A DNA stretch of 64,000 bases, taken from the IMG/VR virus record IMGVR_UViG_3300025402_000005; one strand, 5' to 3'. Position 1 is the first letter of the stretch; the number at the start of each line of letters is the position of its first letter. The stretch comes from an uncultured virus (IMG/VR IMGVR_UViG_3300025402_000005) (lineage: Duplodnaviria > Heunggongvirae > Uroviricota > Caudoviricetes). The notes under the pieces were generated by a model. The model worked only from the letters and a program-made list of their open reading frames with translations, was not told the origin of the DNA and did not search any database. Position numbers and translations under genes: made by a program. Below, one piece after another: positions 63,846 through 64,000 of this stretch.

Positions 63846-64000
63846 TTACTCTTCGTCCTCCTCATCCGGACCGTAAGTGAGCTTAGCCCAATGAGCTACC
63901 ACGCTATTGATCAGCCATAGGCATTGCCCATCTGTGTAATCCTCTCCAGGCATACCCGGGATATCTCCTATGAGATCTACTACCTCTCCATCCATGCCGT
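63846..64000 (-). CDS. Acidic hypothetical protein, 5'-truncated by window edge
   Basis: ...GMDGEVVDLIGDIPGMPGEDYTDGQCLWLINSVVAHWAKLTYGPDEEDEE*. Confidence 0.5.
   Translation of the reverse strand, partial: GMDGEVVDLIGDIPGMPGEDYTDGQCLWLINSVVAHWAKLTYGPDEEDEE

Noticed and set aside
327..63876. Numerous short overlapping or antisense ORFs from the six-frame track (e.g. 4785-5066, 13716-14126, 31810-32268, 47186-47551, 57310-57717, 63685-63876)
   Set aside because: They are shadows of better-supported genes, with no RBS, motif or operon fit
1..64000. tRNA genes, introns/inteins, alternative genetic code
   Set aside because: No cloverleaf/T-loop signature noticed in intergenic gaps; polA, dnaB, recA and nrdJ are of normal length and uninterrupted; all three stop codons terminate genes normally

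Overview
64 kb internal segment of a large dsDNA contractile-tailed (myovirus-like) phage genome, most likely infecting an actinobacterium (WhiB gene, many TANNNT-N6-ATG leaderless starts, host-type parS palindrome). Organisation: 1-13.3 kb tail fibre/appendage and glycan-modification genes (three paralogous fibre tips, a minus-strand Mtd-N fibre/propeller/TPR island, FN3 protein, GT60-like glycosyltransferase); 13.8-31.1 kb neck, sheath, tube, chaperone with a probable +1 frameshift, tape measure with lysozyme domain, and baseplate; 31.4-48.2 kb replication/recombination (initiator with internal repeats, DnaC-like loader, DnaB, primase, dNMP kinase, SNF2 helicase, SSB, PolA, RecA, resolvases, WhiB, PD-(D/E)XK nuclease); 48.2-59.8 kb accessory genes (SpoVS, Hsp20, phosphoesterase, small unknown genes, nucleotidyltransferase/HAD/TGT-like trio, class II RNR); 60-64 kb minus-strand early-type small genes (including a sigma region-4-like protein) and a non-coding control region. 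No capsid, portal, terminase large subunit, integrase, ParB, reverse transcriptase, tRNA or CRISPR array was recognised. The most striking observations are a tandem array of mini-genes sharing a 13-aa N-terminal leader MA(E/K)DRAxDP(K/R)RVP with unrelated cargo, a perfect parS site, and a small beta-domain inserted into five structural genes and nested within itself. All product calls come from motif recognition by eye, with no database searches.
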